In this document: positions 38,045 through 51,259 of the stretch, piece by piece | Position numbering within the stretch: position 1 is the stretch's first letter | Layout of the letters: each line of letters starts with the position of its first letter | From: Cirrosporium novae-zelandiae | Lineage: Eukaryota | Direction: 5' to 3' | Length of the DNA: 64,000 nucleotides | NCBI GenBank assembly: GCA_026023565.1 | Contig: JAPETS010000012.1 | Location: forward strand, 434,001 to 498,000 | The notes under the pieces: model-generated | The model's database searches: none | What the model was told of the DNA's origin: nothing | What the model saw: the letters and a program-made list of their open reading frames with translations, nothing else | Position numbers and translations under genes: made by a program

Positions 38045-39088
38045 CTATTGCGCCTTCTTTGCCATCCTGGCTGCTCTCCTCTCATATGCCCTCTTCATGT
38101 CGGATTCGGTATTCAGGCAGTAATCCCACCATCTGAAGGAGCTGGCGTAGTTGCCAATGAACTGCTCGTGGTGCACATCGTGGTGGTGAGCGCCGGCCCA
38201 GAATGGGAGGAAGTGGTGCAGACTCCAAGGGAAGTCGTAACCGCTGTGGGAATCGACGGCCTGGAACAGGCGTAGGGTGATCCAGATGTACATGGTGAGG
38301 ATGTGAAGTTTGCCGAAGAACGCGCAGAAGAGGATGGGTGAAGCGACGGTGCCGAGGCCGAGGGTCATGGTTTCGATGGGAGATGCATATTCGGCGGCGA
38401 ATCCAAAGGGAGCAGTGTACTTGTGGTGGATCTTGTGGATATAGCGGTACAGGAACCCGTAGTGCATCGATCGGTGCAGCCAGTAGTGCCAGGTGTCTTC
38501 CATGATAAAGAATATGCAGATTTGATAGACCATGGTCAGGGCAGAGGGGAAGGGGACGCCGGTGTCGAGGCCACAGAATTGAGCCATTGGGTGGAAGAAC
38601 CTGAGTGGAAGTTTTGTTAGGAATGATGTAAGAGAGGTTTGTTGGGGGGGTTCTATTTGGGGGCATACCAAATTTGAGGAAGCTCAACGGTGAAATGACT
38701 GAGCAGAACCATCTTTGCGCAATCCCATTGTTCCCTGGCAGTGGGGATTTTTGTCTAATTGCGGCATTAGCGGGGAGTTCCTCCTGCAATTGAGATTCAG
38801 AAATATGCTCACGTTTTGAATCTTGTATTTGTTGAAGGCGGGGATAGCGTCAATGATCATCCAGGGCAGACATCTTCCAAAGTAGACACCTTCGTGCATA
38901 ACAAAGGACATGATTCCAGTGGCGAGGACATCATTCTGCATATAGGCGTACCAGGCAGCCCAAAGCCTTTCAAACAGGTTCAGGTGAACATTGTATTTTG
39001 AAATTTCCTCGAAAGAAGCCCAGTAGGTTTCCGCAGATGGAGAGAGTAGAGATGTTGCATTCAACGTAGCATTCATGATTGCACTCAT
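38045..39088 (-). CDS. ERG25: C-4 methylsterol oxidase
   Basis: Introns 38755-38812 and 38601-38668. His boxes [19 protein letters not shown] and [21 protein letters not shown]. Confidence 0.96.
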
Positions 39089-39673
39089 GGTGGAATATGG
39101 CTATCAGCCTAGACGGCCAGTTTTCACTTTCCTCTAGCTGATGTTTAAAAGGGGAGATTTTGTTATCGCGAATTGGCGAGATCGGAAGAGAAAAAAAAAG
39201 AGAGTATGGAGTTGGATAACCCCAAACAGAGAGGAGAAATTCGAACCAGGAGTTAATTAGGGAAGGGGAAAGAGAAGAGTGGTGAAGAATGGGGAAGAAA
39301 AAAGAAAAATAGAAGGAATTCTTTGCAGCTTGGAGTTCTGGATAAGTACCTGTAGAAGTATAGATAAACTGAAAAAGCAGACCACTCGGATTTTCGGTCT
39401 AACGTGTTGTAATGCCGGTGGAAGAATGGTGGAAGCAGGGACAAAGGATTGGCGATTGGTCGTGGAAGCGAAGTTCACAAGTTGAAGATTTGACGGAGAC
39501 CTTGACACCCGAGTGATACGATCCGATATGATTATTTGAGTTGCCACCCACACAACTAATGCCACTAGCCAACTGCCGTTAGGTTAAGATTATCTAAAGA
39601 TGACTTCACTCCACAAATTCTAATCTTCCCATTTATTTGTTGGTCTACAAGTCCTGACCAAGTTACTTGTATA

Positions 39674-39724
39674 ACAGTTGGCAATTGACAGTTGACAGTT
39701 GACAGTTGACAGTTGACACAATTG
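39674..39724. repeat. Tandem 7-mer (ACAGTTG)n in the ERG25/NCA2 divergent promoter
   Basis: Four perfect consecutive copies at 39688-39715 with degenerate flanking copies. Confidence 0.9.
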
Positions 39725-40068
39725 AACATGACTTGTACATTTTGTCGTCTTTCGTGTCATCCTTATCAACCAGCAAAAAAATAAAATAACTTCGATTTTG
39801 ATATCTTGAGCAGTTTAGATACTACATGCAGATCTTGTAAACTAGAGAGACAAGTTTTATAAGATTTTCTCCTCCAGTACTTGCCTATTCGTTTGTAGTT
39901 CGTAATCGTAAACACAGAGGAAAGAAGTCGCCGGTCACTTCCGATGTCAACACCAACTTAAGCATTTTTTGCCCTTTTCCTATCTTCTGTTAACCCCCCC
40001 GGATCTCGGCGGAATATCAAAACGAGGAGGGTCTTCCCTTGTCGTGCCATACCTTCCATCGAGCCATC

Positions 40069-42774
40069 ATGTCTTTTGTATCCGAGTAAGTAGATCTATT
40101 GGTGTTTTCTAGTTTTGTTACGATGACACATTTGTGGCTCGGAACTGAAATTGAGTTGTGGAGAGACACTATCCGCTGTCTCATTCCAGTCAAAAAGATA
40201 ATTCTAAACTTGTCAATCCAATCCTCGGCAGAATCAGAACCATGATTATTGAATTTCAGCCATTAACGATGTTATCAATTACCTTTGGAGTATCGTGCCG
40301 GAAAGGCTGACCACAGACCATAACTAGCATCGTCCGCCGAATTGATAACCAACTGGAAGGCCTTCATCGTTCTAGCGTTCATGCCACCACCGAAAATATA
40401 TCTCTGGCTTCCCAGACAGATGGCCAGACTACACAACCACAATCCAAGGAAATCAATCGAATCAATCAACTACAAAAGGTCGCCAAAGCATTATCAACCA
40501 CCGCATCCCCAGTAAGCCCGCTACTATACTCCCGAAAGATCCAGCAGCTGCTTGCAGAGGCGAGGCTGCCAGAATCCTCCGAGGCGTTGCCTCAGGACAC
40601 CAGTAATGCTGCTCTTGATGTCCAGACGAGTCTAGAATGGCTCATTGTAGGAAAGGCAACAATTCAAACTCATGGCCTCATATTAAACACCTTGCTTGAC
40701 CAAACCATTCCAATTAGCAATGATATATGGTATTGGGATGATATTCTGGGATCATATGCATATACATGCTTGTATTCGCTTCAAACCTCCCCGCTACGAT
40801 TATGGGGCTGGTCAAGGTCTATTTACCAAGAAGCACGACAACGTTGGGAGCGTGAAGGACTCTCCACCCTAGCTAATGATCAAAGGCAAAACATTTCAAA
40901 TCGCTGGATGAATTTCTATGGTTTGGTAAGACAAACTATTCAGGAACGCTCTATTGTCGACATCCAGTCACGGCTTATGCTATCACCTTTTGCTGCATCC
41001 CGGATGGAGGCACGAAGAAACCAGAAAGGCCTCCGGCGGCTGAGGGAACTTAGTGCAAGCGGATTAGGCGTTATTCTCGACGAAGGTCTGTCGTTCGATC
41101 TGCCAAATGATGCTGGGGAATGGATTACGTCCACAGACTCGGATTCTTCTGCTAGCTCAGAGTGGGTCGGCGTAGTTGCAAAGAGCATCTCTTTGATGGA
41201 GGCTGTGTTGAGCAGCGTTACCACCCTTGAAATAGGTGTCACTGACTTTGAAGAATCGGTGTTCTTGACCGTGGAGAATGATTCAGAAGTCACGCCACAA
41301 ATATCTGCCGACACAGATCAGTTGCCAATTCCAGGAGTACTCGCTAAGAGATTACAACAAATACTTGCTGTACATTTGCCAAAACACCTAAATGAGTCCA
41401 GGAGCTTGACCACGCAATATGGTAGGCCTTCACGAATAGTTCGATATTGGCCAGCAGCTACTGCTCTCCTTCTCTCTGGCAGTACCATCCTCAGAATTAT
41501 AGTACAAAGGAAAGCCGATATAATCCAGTGGATTCGAGACCTAGGCACAACTACTGTCGACTTCTGGGTGAATTGGGTAATTGAACCTGTCAAGAAACTT
41601 ATTGGTACTATCCGTCATGACGAGGGTAGCGAAATTGCCATCATGAGCAAAAGTAGCCTTGAAGGTGATAGGGAAAGTCTAGAAAGAATGGTTGTCGATT
41701 TTGCGATTGATCACCCTTATGACGGTCAGCCACTCAACGAAACACAGATTATAGAAGTCCGATCCAAAGTGAAAGAAGGAGATCTGACCCCTGTTTTAAA
41801 GGCCTATGAAAGAGACCTCCGCAAACCATTAATGGGAACCGTACGAGGTGACCTTATTCGTGCGATGCTGATCCAAATCCAGAAAACAAAAGTAGACGTT
41901 GAAGTTGCCATTGGCGGTATAGATGCTCTGCTAAAGGATCAAGAACTTGTCTTTGGGTAAGTCTTTCTAGATTTCACAATAAGTGAAGTCAAGGCAACTT
42001 TATCCTTTTTGCAAGGACAGGATTGTTCTATCGGCCTCGCATATCATAAACCCTTTTGATACTCTTCAAGAAACATGGGCTGATTCAAACAGTTTTGTTG
42101 GACTTACACCTGGAATTATTGTATCTTTGACAGTATTCCGGTGGCTCATGGATACTTTTGGAAATCGTAGAGGCTTACGAACTGGTCAACAGCGTGGACA
42201 AATGATTCGAATCCTGCGGTAAGTCCCAAAATGCTTGTTTTAAACCGAATCAAATCAAACCCAATTCTGCCCAAAGGTTATTCCAGTATGCAACGATCAA
42301 ATACAGTTTTTTCCAAAATTCACAGCGCGTCTTAGGTATAGAGGATACTGGAGATTCCGAGCATCTACTTCTGGTCCCTGCCGTTGTGTCGGGTTCTACT
42401 TTGTTGGCCAAGTCCTTAACATACTTGGGGTATTTCCAGATGAATTGACTCTCCCCCAGTTGAATTTGGTTCTTTGCAAATGCTTAGAGTTAATATATTA
42501 TCGATAATCCTCTGACAATATCCATAGCAATATCCACCGTATCCTGACGTCGGCGACAAATTCGAACAATGGTATCCTTTCATACAAGGAACGCGGGTTG
42601 CTGTTATGTGAAATTCATCTTTTCCGCGAAAGGGCTAGGATGCTACTTCCCAGCGACGTCAACCGGGAAATAAAGGAAGAAATCAATGATCTAGTCAACC
42701 ATCGGGTTGGAATAGAGAAACAACTTAAGGTCGTCGATAGGATCTTATGGGCATACCGCAAATGGCTAAGGTGA
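40069..42774 (+). CDS. NCA2: Nuclear control of ATPase protein 2 (mitochondrial)
   Basis: Exons 40069-40085, 40328-41956, 42093-42218, 42528-42774. Motifs IWYWDDIL, GRPSRIVRYW, NWVIEP, SLERMVVDF, LIQIQKTKVDVEVAIGGID.LL..QELVFGFVG and GLLLCEIH. Confidence 0.92.
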
Positions 42775-43759
42775 CTCGGAGTGGAGGCCTTGTGAAGATT
42801 TGCTTTACTCGCTCAAAACTTTACCGCATAAATAACGTGCTAAATGGGCATGGGGAAAACACGCATTGAACTAGCATTTGATTATTTGATGGGGAAGGGC
42901 CAACATCTTCATGTACACTCTTTGAAGAACAGTTCTTACACAAAACAGACAAAAAGCAATTAATTGTATTTAAAGACATAGCATTAAATGTGACAACGCA
43001 ACGGGTTCTGCCTGAAGTATAATCCCAAAGGAGATGTATACTATTATGTAAGGTTATTGAAGGCGTTTTGATGTTTTGGTCGTATAAGTGATGAGATTTG
43101 AGGGCTCTCGTATTTGTCAATAATCAACATGTGACAGATCCAGGAGAAATGGAATAGAGTGAATGAATTTATAGAAAATTAAATTATTGGGAGGAATTAA
43201 TCAGGATATATAGCCGAGCATGATTAGGGACTATTGCTTTAAGGAATGCCTTTGGAAAAACCTCCTTTGTACGTACACTGTCGCAGATAACGTGGAGGGC
43301 AAAGCGGGTGATCCACTATCTGTGGCTTGAGATGTGTGGCGTTTGTACCTCTTTGATTGTACTGACTGTACACGGGTGTATTTGACATTAAACAACCAAA
43401 ACAACCTGGTTATTCCATCATTCACTGACTCCTGCTACCTGAAATCTGAGACCGGAGGTAAGTTGTCATCTGCTCGAAGAAATAAACCTCCTGACTTGTG
43501 ATTTCACTAGAGTTCATCCTGACTCTTTGTGTTCTTCTTCGAAACAAAACCCCATTTCTGTATTGCCATCTTTCGACAGACTGTCCTCGAACTCCCTTAA
43601 ATTACCCAATCGAACCATCCCGCTCCAAATACCACCCATCCCTCACAATTACCAACTGCACCTCCCAAAAACATTCCGATCTATTAGTTAAGCCTCGAGG
43701 ACCTCTCGACCTTCGTACCCTACAACTTTCTCTGTCGTGCGATCGCTGCGGCTTTGACC

Positions 43760-44497
43760 ATGGCAGGCACACGCAATTATGACTTCTTGGCAAGTCCAGC
43801 ATTTTCTCTCCCCGCCGTTATCTCAGACAAGCCCGCTAACCTCTTTTCCTAAAGATTAAACTCCTTCTGATTGGCGACTCTGGAGTTGGAAAGTCATGTT
43901 GTTTGTTACGGTTCAGCGAAGACTCCTTTACACCTTCGTTCATCACAACAATAGGCATCGACTTTAAAATCAGAACCATAGAGCTCGATGGCAAGAGAGT
44001 CAAGCTACAGATATGGGATACTGCTGGTCAGGAACGCTTTCGGACAATCACAACAGCATATTACAGGGGGGCTATGGGGATTCTATTAGTCTACGATGTA
44101 ACCGATGAGCGGTCATTCAATAGTGTGTCTACTCTATCCCCGATACGTTCCACGCCACTAACAGTTCCTAGACATCCGAACATGGTTCTCAAATGTTGAA
44201 CAGCATGCCACGGAAGGTGTCAATAAAATCCTAATTGGTAATAAATGCGACTGGGAGGAGAAACGTGTCGTCTCCACGGAGCGAGGCCAGCAACTAGCCG
44301 ATGAACTTGGCATTCCCTTCCTCGAAGTTTCGGCAAAATCCAACATCAACGTTGAAAAGGCATTTTATAGCCTTGCTGCCGACATTAAAAAGCGGATTAT
44401 CGATACATCAAAAACCGACCAAGGTGGTTCACAAGGTGTAAACGTGAGCGAGCCAAGTGCTGGCGTAGGGGCTGGGATGGGCGGGAAATGTTGCTAG
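43760..44497 (+). CDS. SEC4: Rab GTPase, Sec4/Rab8 subfamily
   Basis: [14 protein letters not shown] intron 43790-43854, [46 protein letters not shown], intron 44123-44171, GNKCD, EVSAK, C-terminal CC. Confidence 0.97.
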
Positions 44498-44729
44498 ATG
44501 GGTTGGCACCCCCCCTATTTACTTTCAAATAGAGGGAAAGAGAGGATGGTTTTCATACCCGTGCCGTGATTATTTGAACCTTTCCATCACGGCCAAATAT
44601 ATTCCATTCCAGGCTGGCTGGGACTGGGCGTTTGCAGGACAGCGGTATATTTTCATGTGAAAGGATTTGTTTTGAACCCATGAAGCATCTTTTTATTTCT
44701 CATCGTCCGTCGATCATACACACAAACAG

Positions 44730-45880
44730 ACACAATCATGAGAGAGAGAGAAAGAGAGAGAGAACAAGGTAGGTGAAAGGGGGAGGAAGGGGAGAGGTTA
44801 GGGGAACGGGGGGGCCGGAAGAACTGTCGTGCTCTAGGAACAAATATAATACGTGCAGAGCACCACATGCCTTTTTTGATTTGTTACAACTTGCATGATG
44901 AAATCCTTGCTTTATCCATCATCACCTTTTTTTACAATATTCATATCTGATTAGATCAATTGATCAGATGGCCTTTTATTTTTTATCGACACACATGATG
45001 AAAAAAAAATGCAGGGCTATATACGACTTAACGATGAGAGAAGAAGAGGAAAAAGAAAGAAAGAAAGAAAGATGAAATTCAAATTTTTTTCCCTTCCTCT
45101 ACCTCCCCTTTTTTTCTCTCTCTCTCTCTCTCTTTATTTTTTTAAGTTCATAGGTGATAGGGAAGGGGGGAGAATGAACCGCAAACCGCAAACCGCGAAG
45201 AAGGAAGGGAGGGAAATAAGATAAAGACATCATTTCTTGGGATGGGAAGGACGGACGGGAATATAGGTTTTATAGGTTTATAGGGATTTATTTGCATTTG
45301 CATTTTTATAGAATTATATTTATTTATTTTTAAAACCTTTACTCTTTGGATTTTGGCTTTTTCGTGTTTATTTGTTTATTTATTGAGAGAGAAATATATA
45401 ATTATATAATTATATAATTATATATGTATGTGGTTTTTTTTTTGAGGAGAAGGAGGCGTACGTACGTACGTGGGCTTCATAGGCAGGCAAGGGCAGACAG
45501 GCAGAAAGAAGGGAAGGAAATTAAAAAACAGCAATGAGGGATTGGGTGAGTGACTGAGTGACCCAACAGCGATAAAGATTTCTACTCTACTCTACCCTAG
45601 GCGTTTGAGATTATGATTTGAGGGACCTCTTGATGGATTGGTTAGGGGGAAATTTGGATATGGATGTTTGGGGGGGTTTTTTTTATACTTTTTGGGTTTT
45701 TATATTGGAAGGGGGATGAGGGATGGGAAGGAATGTTTCAGATTTTTTTTTTTGGTTGGGAGGGTTTTGGGGGCATTGTGTATGTATGTATATATGTTGT
45801 ATATTTGTGTATTTGTGTATTTGTGTATGTGCACATGGCTGGCTTTCTCTCCCTCTCTCTCTCTCTCTCTCTCTTCTAGG
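44730..45880. repeat. Low-complexity / microsatellite-rich intergenic tract
   Basis: (GA)n at ~44740, (CT)n at ~45115 and ~45855, (TATAATTA)n at ~45396, (CGTA)n at ~45457, and poly-T/A runs. Confidence 0.85.
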
Positions 45881-45900
45881 AAGGCATCATATATCATTGG

Positions 45901-47142
45901 TCACCAGAGTAGCTCCGCCAGCGCAACAGCAGGGTTAACCTGGGTTTCATACTCGATCCACTCCGGCAGCAAGAACTGGCGTCTATGCCAGGTCCTAACG
46001 AACCTCCTCGCATCCTGGACCTTCTCGAAGCTAAGAATCCACCGCTCAGGGAACAGGTAGCGGCGATCGGTGAGGAGGGTTTCCTTGGTGACGGTGCGGT
46101 CGTATGGCAGGTAGGCATGCTTGTGGTTCACGAGCCCCCAGGGGACTCCCTGCATTTTGCTGTCGAGCACGAGGGCGTTGTACAGGGAGGGGAAGTCGAT
46201 GCGGCGGCTGTCGAGACCGAAGACTACGGTTGGATAGTGTGAGCCCGTGGTGGGGGAGGTGGGGGCATCGAGGATGGTGAGGATGTCATCTACGATTATG
46301 GGAACGGAGCTTGATTTTTCGGTCCTGATCGAGAGGGATTGGGAAGGCGGGGAGAGGGAGTAGGTCTGTAGGAGGGCGTGCACATCTTCGCCGTCGATCA
46401 TCTCGCCTGGAGCGGGCGGGATGGGGGAGTACAGGGAGGTGGGTGTGAATCTTTTGGCCAGCGAGTACAGGTGCTCGAGGCGTTCCTGGTAGATGGATGC
46501 GGCCTCCTTAGTGGGGAAGACGAGATAGTACCACCCTCTGGTTGCGAGCGTGCTGATGTCGCGAGCCGGGATCACCTGGGTGAAGTTTCCGCGATTCCGC
46601 CAGCCTTGGATATGCTGGCCTTCCGGGACTATGCGGCGGAAGTCATCTTCCACCAAAGTCTTGCTCAGGGATTGGAGGACTAGGATGACCGGCTTGGACG
46701 TAGTAGGCCCTGCCGTCGTAGGAAACAATTCATGATCCTTTGCTTTATTTTTCCCCGGAGCCTTCTTCTTCGTCTTCGTCCCCGTCCTCGTCCTTTCCTC
46801 AGACCGAGATTGTTTCCACAACGTCCATTCTTTATTCAACGCATCCTCTAGCGAAGGAAGCGGGAGGCGCGGGACGTCATCCTTAGGAGGCAGGCTGCGT
46901 CGTGGATGTTCCCTAGAAATTTCTCCAGCATGCTGTCTAGATTCAGGCCGAGATTTGCCCAGGTCCGGAAACAGCTCTTGGAGCGAAGTGGTATGGTCGG
47001 GTTTGTCCCCGCCGGTACTGTAATCATGGTTCAATGCCGCTGGTTGGCGCTGGATTGTCCTCCAAGCACGCAGTAAAGAGATTCGAGGACAGCATGATGA
47101 CTTTGATAGCAGCCGGAGAGCACTATGACGCATCAAGCGCAT
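45901..47142 (-). CDS. Uncharacterised protein, probably mitochondrial, possibly RRM-like
   Basis: Intronless 413-aa ORF with an Arg/Leu/Ser-rich presequence-like N-terminus. Segments VLQSLSKTLVEDDFRRI, YYLVFPTKEAA and WILSFEKVQDARRFVRTWHRR look like alpha/beta RRM-type elements. Confidence 0.7.
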   Translation of the reverse strand: MRLMRHSALRLLSKSSCCPRISLLRAWRTIQRQPAALNHDYSTGGDKPDHTTSLQELFPDLGKSRPESRQHAGEISREHPRRSLPPKDDVPRLPLPSLEDALNKEWTLWKQSRSEERTRTGTKTKKKAPGKNKAKDHELFPTTAGPTTSKPVILVLQSLSKTLVEDDFRRIVPEGQHIQGWRNRGNFTQVIPARDISTLATRGWYYLVFPTKEAASIYQERLEHLYSLAKRFTPTSLYSPIPPAPGEMIDGEDVHALLQTYSLSPPSQSLSIRTEKSSSVPIIVDDILTILDAPTSPTTGSHYPTVVFGLDSRRIDFPSLYNALVLDSKMQGVPWGLVNHKHAYLPYDRTVTKETLLTDRRYLFPERWILSFEKVQDARRFVRTWHRRQFLLPEWIEYETQVNPAVALAELLW

Positions 47143-47689
47143 GGGTGGCTTGGGAAACAGCTCAAAGACTCCGGGCGGTCTTGGGGGATTTGGGGGGAGC
47201 GGGGGTCAATGCATATGGAGATGGAGCGGAGTTTATAGCTTCAAGCGCTTGTGGAGGTCCTTTAGCTTTCAAGGGGGTATTAGTATTTCTAGCTGGAAAT
47301 GATGTATAGCAAAGCCAATTCAACTTACAGATCGAGAGTAATGAAAGAGACTTGAATTGATTTCAATTTGGAAAAGATAGCAATTCGTGTATTCCGAGAA
47401 ACATCAAGGTCTCAGATTAGGCTAGCGCAGAACGTCGATAAAATATTTTTTTGAGTATCAACAACCTCTGCCAATTGGAAAATGGAAAATGTAACATGAG
47501 GAACTAAGTCGACCATAAAATAGGTAAACCATTCTAATTATGTCGAGTTATTTAATATGATAATGAAGTCTGAAAAAATACAGTACAGTATAGAGACCTC
47601 GTTCTCGACATAAAATTCTAATACTTCTACTTGCTTTCCGGTGAAGGCTCCCCGAGACTTTTGTTATTTTACCCATCTACACTTTTAAA

Positions 47690-49991
47690 ATGATTTCTTC
47701 ATTTGCTGTTAGACCGGTCAAGAAAGATCTCCAATATGGATTCAATGTCTATTTCTCCCCCCAAGATCTTACGGAGCTGGAAATCCCCAATGGAGACCTT
47801 TGCGAAATCAAGCTTAATGATGCTGTGTTGGGCGCAGCAACTTCTTGGCCAGCTGCTCAAGGTATTCATAAAGGTGTGGTTCAGATGTCAAGGGATCTTA
47901 TTGACCATCTGAAGCGTCTTTACGGGTTTAGGTTGGAAGACAAAGTTTCTATCTCAAGGAAGAGGACCCCTCTGCCTACAGTGGATGTTGTATTGCTCCA
48001 TGAAGACCCTTCAGAGAAGCGTCAGACTCCTATATCGGAAGCAAAGCTTTCATATTGGACTGGGGCCCTGATAACATCCCTATTCAATGCCAAATATATA
48101 TATCCTGGATTAAGGTTTAAAAAGGTTCAGTTTGGAGCTGAACAGAGATCTTTCATCGTTACATCGTTATCGGACTCACAGGATAGAAAGTACTCTGAAT
48201 TGTGCTTGTTCAAAGGACACTCACAGGCTTGCCTTGAAAGCCACCCCGAAATAGCGGTTCATAAGAAGGGGGACCCGGTCTTTGAGATTACTTATGATGG
48301 TGTTGGAGGGCTTTCTGATCAAATAGACACAATTAGTCAAATACTCTCCCCGCTTGGAGGAAGCAGTGGTCCATGGCATAGAGGAATCATCATATATGGA
48401 GCCGAAGGAACTGGTAAGAGCCTCATGCTACAAAAGGTGGCAGCGCTTCCTTGGAACAAGGTTTTCTACATTGAGTCAACCCAGTCTGCCCAAACTCTTC
48501 CTGACAAAGAGGTTTTCGCTACAGCCTTGGTATCTCAGCCAAGCCTTATTGTGATTGACGATATTCACAATCTATTTCCCAGCCGTGTTCGTGCAGATGC
48601 TGCTGGTAGTACAGCCAGGTGTGATGCTTTCGTGAAAGGACTTAAGACATTACGAGATTCACAGGTTTTTGTCGTTGCTGCAGCTTCACATCCAAACAAT
48701 GTTCTGAAGCCTCTCAGAGCTTCGGATATGCTTTCGTTTGCAATCGAATTACCAATACCGACAACTGAAAAGCGGATGGAAATTCTACATGTTCTTCGTA
48801 ATAGGCATAAACGCATCAAGCTCGGGGATGCCTCGTTAAACGAGGTTGGGAAGCGTACGCATGGCTATGTAGGTCATGACCTAGCAAAATTTTATGTTCA
48901 GCTCGGTCAAATCAAGACCTCGCAGCTTTGGAAGCGTCGGAAGAATAAAAAGGCCTCAGGGGCAAGTGAGGCGGCAACCGATACGAGCTCTCAAGATATC
49001 GATGAAATTACCAATCAAGATATTGAGGAGGGCCTTAAAGTCGTAGGCCCTACGGCCCTGCAAGAAATTATTTTAGAAGTCCCAAACATTCGCTGGAGCG
49101 ATATTGGGGGGCAAGATGATATCAAAGCCCGTCTACAAAAAGCGGTGGAATGGCCTCTGAAAGTAAGAATTAACCTTGAGGCCCTTGATCATACGATAAT
49201 AACAATACATATAGTATGGAACATATATGAAAAGAGCCAATCGCCGTCCCGTGCGAGGGATACTTCTATACGGACCTCCCGGTTGTTCCAAAACCCTCAT
49301 GGCGAAAGCACTAGCAAATGAAGCCGGAGTTAACTTCATGTCCGTGAAGGGCGCCGAGCTAGTCAGCATGTACGTAGGAGAATCAGAACGAGCTGTCCGA
49401 GAGGTCTTCAAAAAAGCCAGAGCTGCCGCACCCTGCATCATATTCTTCGACGAAATCGATTCTCTCACAAACACAGGTTCTGGATCTGGTGGTGGTGGTA
49501 GCCAAAGCTACGAAATGAATATCAAGACCACATTCCTGACCGAGATGGACGGAATAGAAGAGCTCAACGGTGTGCTGGTGATAGGAGCCACCAACAATCC
49601 AGACAAGCTGCCCCCGGAGCTATTACGCCCAGGTAGAATTGAACGCCTGGAGTACGTTGCCCCCCCAAATCTGGACGCCCGGAAGGAGATATTCAAGAAG
49701 TGGATCGCAAAATGCGACCAAGGGATAGTATCCCCCGGCGTCCTCGCATGTGTTGGCGATTTTGCTGCTCGTACCGAGGGGTCCTCGGGAGCCGATATCG
49801 TTCATCTGTGCCTGGCTGCGGCGGACGCGTTCTTGGACCGTGCAACAACGAAGATAGACAATAGCACCTCCAACGACGAAAAGATATCTAGGGAGGACTT
49901 TGAGAGCGCAATACAACATGGAGAAAGATCTATAACTCCGGAGATGGTGCGGAAGTTTGAGGTGTGGCGGATGAAATATCGGTCTGTTTGA
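47690..49991 (+). CDS. Type II AAA+ ATPase, AFG2/Drg1 (SPATA5)-like
   Basis: Intron 49163-49214. D1 has GAEGTGKS, IVIDD and THGYVGHDL; linker EVPNIRWSDIGGQ. D2 has LLYGPPGCSKT, MYVGESE, IIFFDEID and LLRPGR (GCSKT is typical of Afg2). Confidence 0.85.
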
Positions 49992-51228
49992 TTGAGAAAA
50001 GTAGAAAAAGTTTTTTATATATGTGATGGGTTACACGACACACTACACACATATTTACATTTATTACTTCTTCTAGAGGTTACATACCTATCCTCCCATG
50101 CCCTCCCTCAAACATCTTTCCCCAATAAAATATCAAAAAAGTTCTCATTCCAGTTTCAAAACTGAATTAAAGAAAAAAATTTCAACCATAACACAAAATA
50201 ATAAATAATTATAATTTAACGTTGGTAGATTGATAAGCTACTTATAAAAGTAACATAATTCGTCGTTGTTATAATTATTCTGAAAAATTGTGAAGTCATA
50301 ATAAATATCTGGGGAATCAAATTTGTGAGTCCGCTTTTTTGTAACTGAATCAACTCTAAGACGATTACGTTACGTTACGTTACTTGGTTTTTCTTTCTGT
50401 TTCTTTTTTTAAATAATAATAATTAATTCATTTTTACCAAGTAGTTCTAGTATACCTAATTCAATTTTGTTTCATAAATTTCTATCAAGTAATTATCAAG
50501 TTCTTAATTAAGCACATGTTGGGGTAAACTAACTAACTCCCCCCCAGCTTGCCTATCTGTCTATCTATATCTATAAAACTAACTTCTATCAGAAATTTTT
50601 CTTTCTTTCTTTCTAAAAATAAGCGAAACGAAAAACAAATAGCGAAAAGGCGAAAATAGATGATATCCAGGTCTATTCATCCTTCCATTCCTCCCTTTCC
50701 TTATCGGTTTGGTTTGGTTTGGTTGGGGGGTTGGGATCGATGATCTTCTCGTATTCGCTACTCTTTCTTTATACGAACATCGACTCCACCCCCACAACTT
50801 CATCTCTTCTCGAGATACGAGCGATAGCGGCTAGGTCTTTTTGTTTTTGTTTAGCCTCCTTCCTTAATTTCACATGTGCAAAAAAAAACGACATGCAAAT
50901 TTTGTATGTAGCATTCTAGCGAAAAAAGGAAAAAGAAAAGAAAAAAGTAAATGGTAGTTTAATACCATACCAACCTTCCCTCCTTTATTTTCCGCATCCA
51001 CCCCCATAGGCGATAAAGAGTGAGGTTGTTTGTTTATTTGTTTGTCTTTTTGTCTGTCTGTTTGCTTGATGCATGGTATCTATGTCTTATTTCACCAAAA
51101 TGTTTCAGATGTGAACGCAACCCATGTGTGCGTGTCAGCAGCTTCAGTAACCTCCTTCCCCTTTTGAATCGATGCCAAAACCTTCCCTTCCCCCATCACC
51201 ACAGCCACAACCGCAGCCATGTGTGATG

Positions 51229-51259
51229 TGCGACATGCGACATGCGACATGCGACATGC
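51229..51259. repeat. Tandem 7-mer (TGCGACA)x4
   Basis: tgcgaca tgcgaca tgcgaca tgcgaca tgc, read directly. Confidence 0.9.

Noticed and set aside
39674..51259. CRISPR-like arrays
   Set aside because: The repeats are spacer-less 7-mers in eukaryotic DNA.
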